From Sporopachydermia quercuum (Eukaryota), in contig BCGN01000001.1 of assembly GCA_001599295.1 (NCBI GenBank), forward strand, positions 2,418,001-2,480,924: DNA of 62,924 nucleotides, in the 5' to 3' direction. A model generated the notes under the pieces. It had not been told where the DNA came from and did not search any database. It saw only the letters and a list, made by a program, of their open reading frames with translations. The position numbers and the translations under genes were made by a program. This document shows, in pieces, positions 33,984-45,111 of the stretch. Position 1 is the stretch's first letter; every line of letters begins with the position of its first letter.

Positions 33984-35414
33984 ATTGGATTACTCCTTAG
34001 ATTTCAACGAGCTCTATTTTGTCTGAAAATCGGTGAGAATGATTGGTGTCAATAGAGATTGACTATGCTCGGGAGGAAGATCGCTGTTGCTCCAATCTAA
34101 GTTTATGTGTTGTTGATCTGTTGATTCGTTAGCATTAGGATTTTTGATTTATTGTCCTTAATCTTGACTCACAGACCAGAGTAGAGGTACATTCGTGAGG
34201 CTATTCAGCTCTGATCTGGGCTTGAATGAGCTAATCACTGACGGATATATTCAAATGGCGTTCTTGGAGGAATCAGAGTTTACTTACTATTTACAAACAA
34301 TCTTATGCGAGTCCGTTTTTGAGTATTCAGCAATTCTAGTTATCCAACAACACATAAGGAAAGGAAACATGCAACGAATGCTTTTTATTCGAAGAAAAGC
34401 ATTAATTTTGCTGANTGGCAAGCGCGATCATAGAATGAACACTTTAGAACCCCATATTAAAGAAGAACCATTACACATATATGAAGAAGGCATTTATTAT
34501 GGTGTTTATAGTAAAAAATAACAGTGAAATATTCCTTTAACGGTTCCATAGAAACCAGAGTCTGTTTGTCCTGTTGATGTTTGTCATGCTCATGTCTTGG
34601 ATTATGGAGTCATATATTTCCACTGTTCTGGAATGACATTGACCTGTAATGGAACATTACATCTATCTACTATCAATTATTATAATTTCAACAGAAGTAA
34701 TTAAAAAGTTGTTTTATCTATTGTTTTATTTATTTACTTGGATTTTTGTTCTAATTGTTAATAACTTGAGAGTATTTCTATTGAATACTCCGCATAATTA
34801 ACTGTTTCGTTATTGCAGTATCCACATTGACTCGACATAGTAAGCAAAATGTATGTCATGTTAATTGGACCAGATCACCAACATTCCCCTTAGACTGTGA
34901 AAATAATCTCTCGGCATATCTGAGTGAATGACATACAGGGAAGTTAAAAAACAATATACCATGTCATGGAAATTGTTCCAAAATGGTAGTCCTATTCTAG
35001 CATACATACATCTTTTGTTTCATACAAATAAATGCATTGTATGTTGTATGCACCGAGTCTGTCACGCTAATACTCTTCTCTAGGTGTATGTCAGAGTTTG
35101 ATAGTTTGAAAATTTCATTGGCAACTTGACCCCAGTTCGCGTATACATCTCATTCATTTATACTATCTTCGAACCAGTAAGTAAATAGGATCTTTAATTG
35201 CAGTAAACCATTTCTTTCAAAATAACAGGTCAATACAAATTGTTTGACGGTTTCCAGTTTAATCTTCAAAAGACTCATCAAGAGAGTACAAAACCGTTAA
35301 ACCCTTCCTTTAACTCCCTTGTAGTCATGTCAGTCATGCAAACTTTAAGGCTATTATTTTACTTCCTTTTTCTTCTTTTCAGAGTTTAAATTCTGATTGA
35401 CAATTAAATCACAG

Positions 35415-35511
35415 CGCGAAAATAGAAAAGCACGTGAAACAAATGCATACGCGTCAATGTAAAATATTAAAGTTGAAATTTAAACTTGCGGCTAATTACC
35501 TAATTGGGAAA
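35415..35511. promoter_or_regulatory. Cluster of cell-cycle elements (SCB, E-box, MCB, Mcm1)
   Basis: CGCGAAA 35415-35421, CACGTG 35431-35436, ACGCGT 35449-35454, TTACCTAATTGGGAAA 35496-35511. Confidence 0.65.
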
Positions 35512-35771
35512 TGTTGCGTCATGGTAGAAATTGCTTAAGTGACTATCTTCTCCGAAATTATAACTAACTGATTAATGCTGATTACGATATGTTAGGGAAT
35601 TGAAGCCCTACTGAGAGAAGAGTAATAAATTCGAATATCATCTGTGTCTTATAGCAAATGGTTCTACTTGATCTTGGGTTACAGTTTGCTACTAAATTTT
35701 GGAATCTCTTATTTCAGTAAATCAAATGCTATATATATATTCTTTTGCTATCTGTCAATTCTTTAATTCTG

Positions 35772-37865
35772 TTAGAAATCCATCTCTTTCACCCATTCAC
35801 TTAAACTTGTTTGAATCTTCTCTTCAATCTGATCACCATGACCACCAGCAATCAGTAGGATTAATTCATTGAGAAATGCACTACCCAATATATCAACGTG
35901 TTCTGCTGTTTTGGCACCACCTCTCAAATCAAACCTACCAGGTTCATGTTTTATCTCAACAATCCTGACAGGAATTTTAGCTGGGTTATAAATGTTTCCT
36001 TCCTCTTTCCACTTGTGACACATGGAATGAGTTAATAAAGAAACAGTGCCGTCACCTTCAGAGAAAACAACAGTATTCCCTGTTCCAAATTCCATTGTAA
36101 TATTCAAGTTAGCCGCTTCTGGGTTTGTTTCCTCTTTATAATAGTAGCTTCGTTCAGTTGGTTTTCCAAAACCATAGAAACAGTAAATCTTCATGTCAGG
36201 AGCATTGGGAAGAGCAACTTCCAAGGGATTTGTCCATTTGGTATGATCTAATTCGTTTTGCTTCAATTCCTTTGCGGTTCTAGCTATGCCATATGAATAA
36301 CGATTATACGTCTTATCTGCATAATTAGAAGGTGTGGCGTTGTTAAAAAAATAATCTATGCTTTCATCTATAGTTAAATTTTTCGCTGAATGTTTGCCAA
36401 CTGTCTCTCTAAATCTAATGAAATTTCCATATGAAACATGCTCAGGGTTATCTTTCTCGGTTTTATCATTACCATTGTTGTCAGAACCATCATTAATCAT
36501 TTGTCTCGTTTTGTTGAGCATATATGGATCATCAGGTGCTGAATTCTTATCACCCCAAATAATTTTACCACCTTTAGGAAGCATACTTGGAATTCCACTA
36601 AATGATCTCATCATATCAGCTCTCTCTCTTCTTGAAAAAAACTTCTCAAGCCCGTACACAGCTAAGCTATTCAGTTGAATAGTATCTTTCATTTCACCAC
36701 TAAGCAATGCAACGACTGCTTTTGGGGTTCCTAATAAGCAGCCAGAGATATCAACAAATGCTTCAATATGATCATTAACCCAAGATTTTCCTCCATTTCC
36801 AAAATTAGGTCCTGTGGCTTCAACCCATTTCAAAAAATAGAAAATAATCTGAGCACCCATTGAATGGCCCGTAAGAACAGCTTTCTTACCAGTCGTATGT
36901 TTAAAATGCTCAATTTGGGATTTAAACTTACTAAAGTATCCATCTCTTACTTCTAAATCTAAATAGGAAAGTCTCCAATCATAAGCTGCAGTTATCATTG
37001 TATTAGGATCGTATCCAATAGCACTCAAGTTTTCGACAACTTTATTCCATATCCAGTATCCAGGAACAAAGAAGTCAGCAGATTCAAATCCTGATGCTGA
37101 TCTAAGCTTGTAGTAAGGTGGATCAAGTCCTGTTTCCTCATCTAACATTACATGCTTCAACCAACAAGCTTTATCTAAGAACATTGTTTTCAGCATATAC
37201 ATTGATCCCCATAGTCTCTTCCTATAATGTGGCTTAGATGGACAATCCGTTGTACCTGTTAGACCCCATGATTCTAAACCTGTTGTAACTACCCCAGGAA
37301 CTAGTATCACAGGATGTTCCGCCGTTAGATTTCTATCCTTTCTCAAAGAAAGACCTACGGCAAAAGAATCAGTAGTCTCACGTAATTTATTTCCCGAAGG
37401 TTTTGACGTATCGTCAGAGTCTTTATAATATTCACCTGTCTTGCTTGTCTTTTTCAACAAAGTTTTGATTCCTGGTGGTAAATTGAAATCATCCCAAAAT
37501 TGAGTCATGGATTCAAGGTCAAAGTCTGAAAAGTCAGGAAGATTTAAAAATGATAAATCAACATCGATTCCTGGAAAATCTATTGAGTCTTTAGCCTTGT
37601 TAATGGCTTTCAAAGATGCTGGATCATTGGCAACATAGGCCATTAATCCTACCACTAGCGATACTAGAGATACCCAAACATAGATATTGGTCCATGAGTA
37701 TTTCAGTTCACGATTTTCCTTCGTCTCAAAGACTTTCTTTCTAGAATCTTTTCTCTCTCGATCAGTATGCTCATCATCTGTCACAAATTTTCCAACAAAC
37801 CCATTCGAAGAGTTTCTTCTTCCTCCGTTTGGTCTCTTCTTATTGCTTCGTTTCTTGAGAACCAT
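35772..37865 (-). CDS. LRO1: Phospholipid:diacylglycerol acyltransferase (697 aa from the ATG at 37865)
   Basis: Basic N-terminus plus TM segment, VPGVVTTGLESW, YDWRL, GHSMG lipase motif, EGDGTV, HVDILG. Confidence 0.95.
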   Translation of the reverse strand: MVLKKRSNKKRPNGGRRNSSNGFVGKFVTDDEHTDRERKDSRKKVFETKENRELKYSWTNIYVWVSLVSLVVGLMAYVANDPASLKAINKAKDSIDFPGIDVDLSFLNLPDFSDFDLESMTQFWDDFNLPPGIKTLLKKTSKTGEYYKDSDDTSKPSGNKLRETTDSFAVGLSLRKDRNLTAEHPVILVPGVVTTGLESWGLTGTTDCPSKPHYRKRLWGSMYMLKTMFLDKACWLKHVMLDEETGLDPPYYKLRSASGFESADFFVPGYWIWNKVVENLSAIGYDPNTMITAAYDWRLSYLDLEVRDGYFSKFKSQIEHFKHTTGKKAVLTGHSMGAQIIFYFLKWVEATGPNFGNGGKSWVNDHIEAFVDISGCLLGTPKAVVALLSGEMKDTIQLNSLAVYGLEKFFSRRERADMMRSFSGIPSMLPKGGKIIWGDKNSAPDDPYMLNKTRQMINDGSDNNGNDKTEKDNPEHVSYGNFIRFRETVGKHSAKNLTIDESIDYFFNNATPSNYADKTYNRYSYGIARTAKELKQNELDHTKWTNPLEVALPNAPDMKIYCFYGFGKPTERSYYYKEETNPEAANLNITMEFGTGNTVVFSEGDGTVSLLTHSMCHKWKEEGNIYNPAKIPVRIVEIKHEPGRFDLRGGAKTAEHVDILGSAFLNELILLIAGGHGDQIEEKIQTSLSEWVKEMDF

Positions 37866-38719
37866 TGTACCAGGTTTTCTACATTTAATGTTTTTACTCC
37901 CTCTGTCTTCCGGAACTTGCAATTGATCTTGCTTATGATAGTCAACTTCAACTATCCATAACCCATCTAAAAAGTATAGATCCAATAAAGAGTTGAAAGA
38001 ATAACTTCTTCTTCATTTTTGAGTTGCTGTCGGTGTATTCGAAAGTTGGATAGCTCTCGACATTGCATTCTACATGCATGAAAATGCATAATGCTGCATA
38101 GTGTTGCATCTTCAACGTCCCTTTGAGACTGTCTGAAATTAATCGTTGTTTCGCTTCTCCGATCATGTGGTAATCTTCTTAACACTCTATTCAATGATCT
38201 TCTTAGCGGATAATAGGGAATATTTAAATAGTACTTGCCAATCCTAATGCTCGTGTACAAGCTACGATATAATTGATTTTCTGAATAGTAGTTTATTATT
38301 AATACCAGGTTGAAAAAAAAGGTTATACAAGCTATAGGGCAAGATATCCCCTGTAATCTATAGCATTACAAAAAAGAATTAAAAAGGAGGCAACAATGAA
38401 TTTACGATTGAATTGATAGGAGAAGTAATCATTGCTTCATTAGGCAACTTGGATGTCACACACCATCGTATTTCATACGGTTGACATTCTTTCAAGATTG
38501 TTTTACATACAGCTTGTGATCTCCTAATAATTCTTTTGACGGACTATTCCTCAGTGAGAGCTTTCTCAGCAAAACAGCTTAATTGAGTGGCAAGCTTTCG
38601 TGCCTAGGCACCAATTAGATAAAATATAAATTTTTTGAAGTTCGAAGCTAAGTAAATCTTGCTCCCTAATTGAGCAACAGCTTAAGACCATAATAATAAG
38701 ATGTTTATTAACAATCTCG

Positions 38720-39703
38720 TCAATAAGCATCCATCGTGTAATCATGTTCAATACCAGGAGTAACACTTGAAATAAATTTAAGAAACACCACTAGGTATTT
38801 ATCAACTCTGAAAATATTATCATCCGACTCTGAGTCTTTTAATCCCTCATGCCGTATTTCTTCCCAATCTTCAGAATCAGCTACTCCAAGTTTCGCTNTT
38901 CCTTTCGTTAGCTGTACATCTGTTTCAATATTCTTACCTTCCCTCTTCTTACGCATATTTGCCACAGTCCTATCCATCAAAACTTTCATAACATTAGCGT
39001 GTCGACACGGATGAATTGATATCATAGTTGAATTGTCAGCAAATGGAGCTTTTTCTATTGTAACTGTTTTATCCTTGTAGTCTCCAATTATATCCTCGTA
39101 CATTTGATCAGGAACTAAGGGTGTACCATCAGCATTGAATCCTTCCAAATACATCTTTGGAACGCGATAACTGGTTGAATACGTTATGTATATGTTGTAT
39201 GTTCGGCGATCCTTCAAGTCTGAGTTTTCTCGTTTTGTCTCCGTTGGTCCTTGAAATACATCGTCGTCGTCTTCGTCTTCTTTTATCTCTTCCATGTTCA
39301 ATAATTCATCAATATCATCTAGGTCTCCAACCCCAGTTGAGTCGTCTTTATTCTCATTGTTACTCCTGTCCTTCGGATACTGCTCAGTTGACACCCAATA
39401 TTCACTGTCTTGAAATTCCCCATCAAATGCCTCATCACCTTTCTCATCTTCCCCTGTTATTCTGGCAGCACGAAAATATGAAGGAACATGTTTGGTTACT
39501 AATACCTGTTTATCTGATGGTAAAAAATTTCGCGCTTTATTCTTTGGAACTCCTGACCAAGTCCACGTAGGGAACCTATATACTAAATAATCACCTGCTT
39601 CAACAAATTCTTCTGGCGAGATTTGACCGGTATCTCGATAGTTCGACCGGTTGTCTACTGGAGTTAAATATTCCTTCAATGACGAAAATGTTGATCTTAA
39701 CAT
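38720..39703 (-). CDS. ATG3: Autophagy E2-like conjugating enzyme
   Basis: [21 protein letters not shown], catalytic HPC, Atg8-interacting motif [21 protein letters not shown]. Confidence 0.96.
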   Translation of the reverse strand: MLRSTFSSLKEYLTPVDNRSNYRDTGQISPEEFVEAGDYLVYRFPTWTWSGVPKNKARNFLPSDKQVLVTKHVPSYFRAARITGEDEKGDEAFDGEFQDSEYWVSTEQYPKDRSNNENKDDSTGVGDLDDIDELLNMEEIKEDEDDDDVFQGPTETKRENSDLKDRRTYNIYITYSTSYRVPKMYLEGFNADGTPLVPDQMYEDIIGDYKDKTVTIEKAPFADNSTMISIHPCRHANVMKVLMDRTVANMRKKREGKNIETDVQLTKGXAKLGVADSEDWEEIRHEGLKDSESDDNIFRVDKYLVVFLKFISSVTPGIEHDYTMDAY

Positions 39704-40742
39704 TTTTGCTGGTATGAGTATATTAGTATTATTAGTGTTAGCATCAGTTTAAGCACTTACTAGACATAACATCGGTGTTCTTTTCCTTGGTTGCAGTCTA
39801 ATAGGGATGCAACTCCACNGATCTAGTCCGTTCGTTTCTATTCTCGTTTTGGACACAGTTTCTATGAGACAGTCGACTTTATCGGACAAATGGTTTTNTG
39901 ATGGAAGACCGGAAATGGCAGCCAAGGGAAATTGCCGAAATGGGACTCATGAAAAAGGTGGGCAACTTAGTACAGAAAACCATAATGATTCCAACATCAT
40001 TTAACTGGAATTATCAACTCTTGTTGTAATATCAAGTCCAATAATTCTTGTACTTCGTTGATATTGAATATATCACAACATTCTAAGAACCACTGCTATA
40101 GAGCTTCCCCAGTCAATACTGTATATATTTTATGACCGTTTGGTAGTATTTTCCGTTTGAAAATACGCACCCCAGTATAAGAGATTGAATGCAGAGTCTA
40201 AGAATCAGAACCAGGATGCGTGAAGAAAACATCAAAATAAAGACATTTGATAGGTGAGGATGGCGCCTCGGATGATGTGTTAATATTAGAAAAGTTGTAA
40301 TGCGTGCTTGCAGTAATGCGAACACTAAGTTCTGAACAAGAAAAAAGGCTACCGAGGTAGTTGAAACTTGGTAAGAAATGAGGTAAAAATGAAGCAAAAG
40401 GGATGTGGGGATTACCAGAAAGCAACGGACACAATTCTTCCTAGTTTTAAAGTGTAGTGGAATAGATAAAATATTCGGTACTTTGAATAATGAATGGCAA
40501 TCTGTGAGCTTTTTCTATCCGTCATTCATACCTGAAGAAATAAATAATAATAATAAAAATTTAAATAAATAAAGCTTCTTCATCTAACTTAACAATACTC
40601 AGATCTACCAATAAATAAAAGCTCTAAACTCTTTGTAATATTCAGAGTAATTGANCCTGTTGATATGTCATACTAGTTTGAACGAAGATAATCGATTTCA
40701 AATTGGGGCAGATATTTCTTCTGTGATTTGGGGATCATCCAA

Positions 40743-41951
40743 ATGGGAATCACTTCCAATTTGCTTACTGAGGAGCAAAAAAGAATTCTGGTATGAACAA
40801 TTGATTGTTAATCTTGATTTATTTATTGAACAGTAGTGGAACATGTCTATTTATAAGTATTTATTGTGCTGGTGCTAACCTTTTGACTTGCAAAGAATGA
40901 TAAGAGAAATAAGGCATTACAGAAGTTGAAAAAATTCAAAACTTCTGGTAACACTTCAAATGTCTCTGCTATAGCATCATCATCGAAGTCAATTTCAGCT
41001 AATGAAAGACAAGGGGAAAAGCAAGATGACAGTGAACGACCTCCAAAACGGCAAAAGGTTATAGAAAATGAATTCAATGGTGATAAAGGGTTAAATCAGA
41101 ATAGCTCAAAACAACCCAGTATTCAGAAAGATCTTCAAACGGAAAAGCTGGATCCTTTATCAGTAGAAGGAATCCTTAAAATAGGTACAGATGTAAGACT
41201 GAATAAGAATGCTAACGATACTCATTTTTCAAGTAAACCTCTGAAGCCTGCCAATGAAAAGTTTCTGAATTACATTGAATATGACTTTGATAAAATGGCT
41301 GACTCAAGAGGAGGCTTTGTTGTAAATGAGGAAGACTTAAAAGAACAAGAACTTACACTTGAGGAATGGCAGAATAATCAAGAGCTTGAGAAAGCTCCTA
41401 TATCTATTGATCCGTCTCAAAATCCTCGATGCTATGAATGCGGCACAATGGATATTGATTATCGATTATATGTCATATTCAAATGCAGAGTTTGTAAGAG
41501 CTGCAAGAATAAGCTTCCTGAAAAATACTCACTATTAACGAAAACAGAATGTAGGGAGGATTATTTGCTTACCGATCCTGAACTAAACGATCGAGATCTT
41601 TTGCCGCATCTCGAGAAGCCTAATCCACACAAAACAAGTTATAATAATATGATGCTGTACATACGTTACCAAGTTGAAGAATATTCATATAAGAAGTGGA
41701 ATGGCCCAGACGGGTTGGATGCCGAGTATGAACGAAGAGTGGAGATGAGGAAGAAGAGGAAAGATAAGAAATTTCTATTGAGACTTAATGAAATGAGGAA
41801 AAAGACGAGGGCTGCAGAAATAAACAGAAAGAAGAAGAAAAACGGAGATGTCCATGAACATGAATGGGGTAATGAAACAAGAGGTGAAGATGGTATGGTG
41901 AAGCGTGCATGTGTAATATGTGGATTTGAAACAGAAGAATTTGTTCTTTAA
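40743..41951 (+). CDS. RAD14: Nucleotide excision repair damage-recognition protein (XPA); join(40743..40790,40896..41951), 367 aa
   Basis: YIEYDF..M.DSRGGF, C4 zinc finger (CYEC..CKSC), LLTKTECREDYLLTDPEL, HEH..CVIC. The spliced N-terminus LTEEQKRIL-NDKRNKALQKL resembles the Rad14/XPA N-terminus. Confidence 0.92.
40791..40895 (+). other. Spliceosomal intron in RAD14 (105 nt)
   Basis: GTATGA donor, TGCTAAC branch at 40873-40879, first downstream AG is AAG at 40893-40895; phase 0, in frame. Confidence 0.78.
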
Positions 41952-42314
41952 GTGATATGGATAGTTAGATTGCAATACTTGATTGTCAATACAGAATTGA
42001 ATAGCTTAATGAGCCTCAAAGCAAGTAATCAATGAATTAACGAAATGAGTATGACTGGTCACGTGATAGGATACGTGACAAGTGTAGTTTTTTGTCGATA
42101 CTTTCTTGTAGAAATTCCCTCTGAATGTAATTAGAGAAAAAGATACTTTTGAGGCAACGAAAATATAAGCACCACTCCCTTCTCACATAATTGAACAGAT
42201 GCTGATTCAGCGACTATACATTAAATGTACCAAAGCTACAGTTATTGGTTTCACACCAACAAATTAATCAGTAAGATAAACTAATGTGGGTTTTATCCCA
42301 CGTATACTACTAAA

Positions 42315-44348
42315 TTATAGATCAAGCAAAAGTACTTCTTCCTTATCTGAACGACTTTTCGTGGCTGTTGGTTGCTCCTCATTCCTTGGTTGAGAAGAAC
42401 TAACAAAACCTGGATTTGATGTTGATGAGATTGTTGGGTTTAATATCGGTGAATTATATGACTGCGATACTCCATATTGACTTGGAGGCTCTGAAGGTTG
42501 AGCCCCAAAGTTTGTTAGTCCGTTATTTTCTCTAGGTGGTTGTGAAAATTGTTGTTGGTCTTTGAAACCATGTTCTGATGGTTGTCCTTGATAATTATGA
42601 GATGGCTCCGATGGTTGTATTGAATAGCCAAAAGAAGGCTCTGATGGCTGTCTAAACTGAGAAGTTTCAGCTGATACAAAAGGTGCATTAGAGTATTCAC
42701 CTGGCTGATATGAATAGTAAGGATTCACTGGTGGGTTCTCGAAATTGGGATTACTAGGAGTGCTAACTGACCCTGTAGAAAAACTGCTTCCAGCATCAAT
42801 AGGAGGTCTTATTGTCAATGGTACTGTACCATAAGAGGGATTTGAACTAAGATCTGCCCCTTTACCAGCATTTGATGATATAGCTTGAGATTGACCTGTT
42901 CCTTGATGTGGAATTTGCTGATATGTTTGGCTTTGATAATATGGAGTAGATCCAACGGACATACCTCCATAAGCTCTTGCTAATCTTTCTTCTAGTAAAG
43001 CATCATAATACCGTAAAGCCGTATTCAGTTTTCCATGCATATCAACATATGTATCGTAACGCGATATAGATTCAGCCAGAGATCTGGTAATTTTGGGTTT
43101 CAAACTCATAACCTTCTGGTGTAATTCCTGAGCTTTGTCGTCATGTAATATAGAACCTGGAGGTTGAGTCTTCAATGATTCTAAGAGATTAGCGAATAAA
43201 TGAACTGTTTCTTCGTCGGCAAATGAAAGAGTATGTCCTTGTAAACTGTTACCACTAACTGACGGTATGCCAGCTGAAGATTTTGCAGGGTCAGTATTAA
43301 TATTACTGGAAAGGTAATTGACAGATCCCGTATACGGTGTAGATGATGAGACAGTAAGTTTACCAGAATTATATAGAGATGAAGCATTGGTATCCTTTCT
43401 AACAGCTCTTTGTTCTTCTATGTCTCTTAAACTAGCTTCGATAGCCGCTCTGAGATCAGGATCATCATCAAGCTCGCCATTTTCAAGTTTACTATTGCTA
43501 GTTGAAATAACGCTTGAAGATGTAGTGGGATTGGAATCTTGAAGGCTTAAAGCAATGGCTCTTTTGAAATCATCGTCTTCTTCCTCGTTATCCTGACTGG
43601 GTCTATTTCCACCGTGTAATTTTCCACTAGAAAGATGAGATTTGTGAGAAAAAGACTTGCTGTTCATTTTGTCATAACAATCATCACAAACGCGTACTGG
43701 TTCGTTGATCCCTAAGGATGGTAATTTGCTAGTTTTAGACGAACAATCTTGACAGAAAACACCACCGCATGATCTACAATGATGTTTTCTATTCAAAATA
43801 CCAAATTGATTATTGCACTTCATACATATATCCGAATCTATCCATTCTGGAGGTGCTGATGAGTCAATAAAAGTAGATGATATAGGTTTGGAAGTCTTGT
43901 CAGGAAACTCAAACCCTTCAGACTTTAGTTTTTCATACAGTTTTCCCATTTCAGCCAATTGAACCTGTCCTTCAAAAGCAGATTTCCAATCTTGAATGTA
44001 TTGTAAAAGTTCTTTCTTTACATCTTCATTCAAATGAACGTTCCTAACTACAGTTCCCAGAACATCGATAAACTCTCTTGATGTTATCTCAATCAAGAAA
44101 TGAAACCCTCCATTCTTGATACACGTATCCACTAAATGAATAGTCGCAAGTTGGACGTTTGGGTTTTTGTTTAAAATTCGTTTTCTCAGCGATCTCATAG
44201 CATCTTTAGGTGCAACTGTTTTACTTCTGATTAAATCCGATATTTCCAACGCCATTGGGAGATCAATCTCACCAAAAGGTATTGATTCAGATGTAGCCTT
44301 CTCAATTTGAGAGTCTATCTGAACACCTGACGCTGAGAACCAAGACAT
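42315..44348 (-). CDS. VPS27: ESCRT-0 subunit
   Basis: VHS domain, FYVE finger (RKHHCRSCG), two UIMs (RAIALSL, AAIEASL), PSEP motifs, C-terminal clathrin box LLLDL. Confidence 0.96.
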   Translation of the reverse strand: MSWFSASGVQIDSQIEKATSESIPFGEIDLPMALEISDLIRSKTVAPKDAMRSLRKRILNKNPNVQLATIHLVDTCIKNGGFHFLIEITSREFIDVLGTVVRNVHLNEDVKKELLQYIQDWKSAFEGQVQLAEMGKLYEKLKSEGFEFPDKTSKPISSTFIDSSAPPEWIDSDICMKCNNQFGILNRKHHCRSCGGVFCQDCSSKTSKLPSLGINEPVRVCDDCYDKMNSKSFSHKSHLSSGKLHGGNRPSQDNEEEDDDFKRAIALSLQDSNPTTSSSVISTSNSKLENGELDDDPDLRAAIEASLRDIEEQRAVRKDTNASSLYNSGKLTVSSSTPYTGSVNYLSSNINTDPAKSSAGIPSVSGNSLQGHTLSFADEETVHLFANLLESLKTQPPGSILHDDKAQELHQKVMSLKPKITRSLAESISRYDTYVDMHGKLNTALRYYDALLEERLARAYGGMSVGSTPYYQSQTYQQIPHQGTGQSQAISSNAGKGADLSSNPSYGTVPLTIRPPIDAGSSFSTGSVSTPSNPNFENPPVNPYYSYQPGEYSNAPFVSAETSQFRQPSEPSFGYSIQPSEPSHNYQGQPSEHGFKDQQQFSQPPRENNGLTNFGAQPSEPPSQYGVSQSYNSPILNPTISSTSNPGFVSSSQPRNEEQPTATKSRSDKEEVLLLDL

Positions 44349-45111
44349 TATTAAAGTGTTGTCTCTTCTTTTAATATATTAAACAAAAATTGTCTTGTTT
44401 TTTTCTTGCTTTACCTTAACTTGCTGTTTGTATCGCATGTAATGTGATTGAGCGTCTTTTATATAACTATCGCTTGCTTGGTAATTTTCCGCACTCCTGA
44501 CTTTCACTCGTCAAAGTCAGATAATCATCACAATCAATAATCCATCAATCTTAAATATATCTTATTAAATTAATACTATACTATAATATTAGCTGAATAT
44601 CTCCAAAATCGCCTTCCTTCTATCAGTTCAATAATATGACAGTAGATTACAAACTCTGTTTGTAGATTTTGGCAACCTGTAACGGGTTGTACCTGGCTAA
44701 TCTATGATTATGTAATCTCTGCCAATAGTATGTCTTGCCTCTTCGCTGTTCAAGCCGAAGTCTATTACAAATGGACCAATTGAATGTGAATTACAATGAA
44801 ATAATAAATAATGAATACAAGATAGCAGTTGTACAATTAGAATAGCATGTTCTCTATAAGTTAGGACAAATGTTAAATTACACTGCTCCTTCAGAGTGCA
44901 TGATGCTATCTATAAAAGAAGTTGAGGACTATCTATCTGATTTCGAGAAAGTGGTCGGATAAGATAAATTGAGTAAACATGCTGAAGGAACATAGATACA
45001 TTCCCATGCAACACTAGAAGTTGGAAATATATATAAAAATCGTTTATTGATTCAGTTAATTCAATATTGCGTTACCTAAGAAAGTACATAAAACAATCCG
45101 GTAGAAAGAAA

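Noticed and set aside
34195..34521. 108-aa ORF upstream of NRM1 and similar 60-100-aa intergenic ORFs
   Set aside because: No motifs, often non-ATG starts, and lengths expected by chance.
37866..37985. 40-aa N-terminal extension of LRO1
   Set aside because: Begins at a non-ATG codon; the ATG at 37865 gives a typical Lro1 N-terminus.
40113..40602. Small gene or 5' UTR intron between ATG3 and RAD14 (CTAAC..CAG near 40600; minus-strand ORFs of 94 and 78 aa)
   Set aside because: The splice combinations I tried gave no credible protein and the donor is ambiguous. RNA evidence is needed.
42058..42200. Point centromere (CDEI GTCACGTG)
   Set aside because: No very AT-rich CDEII and no CDEIII CCG element at the expected distance.
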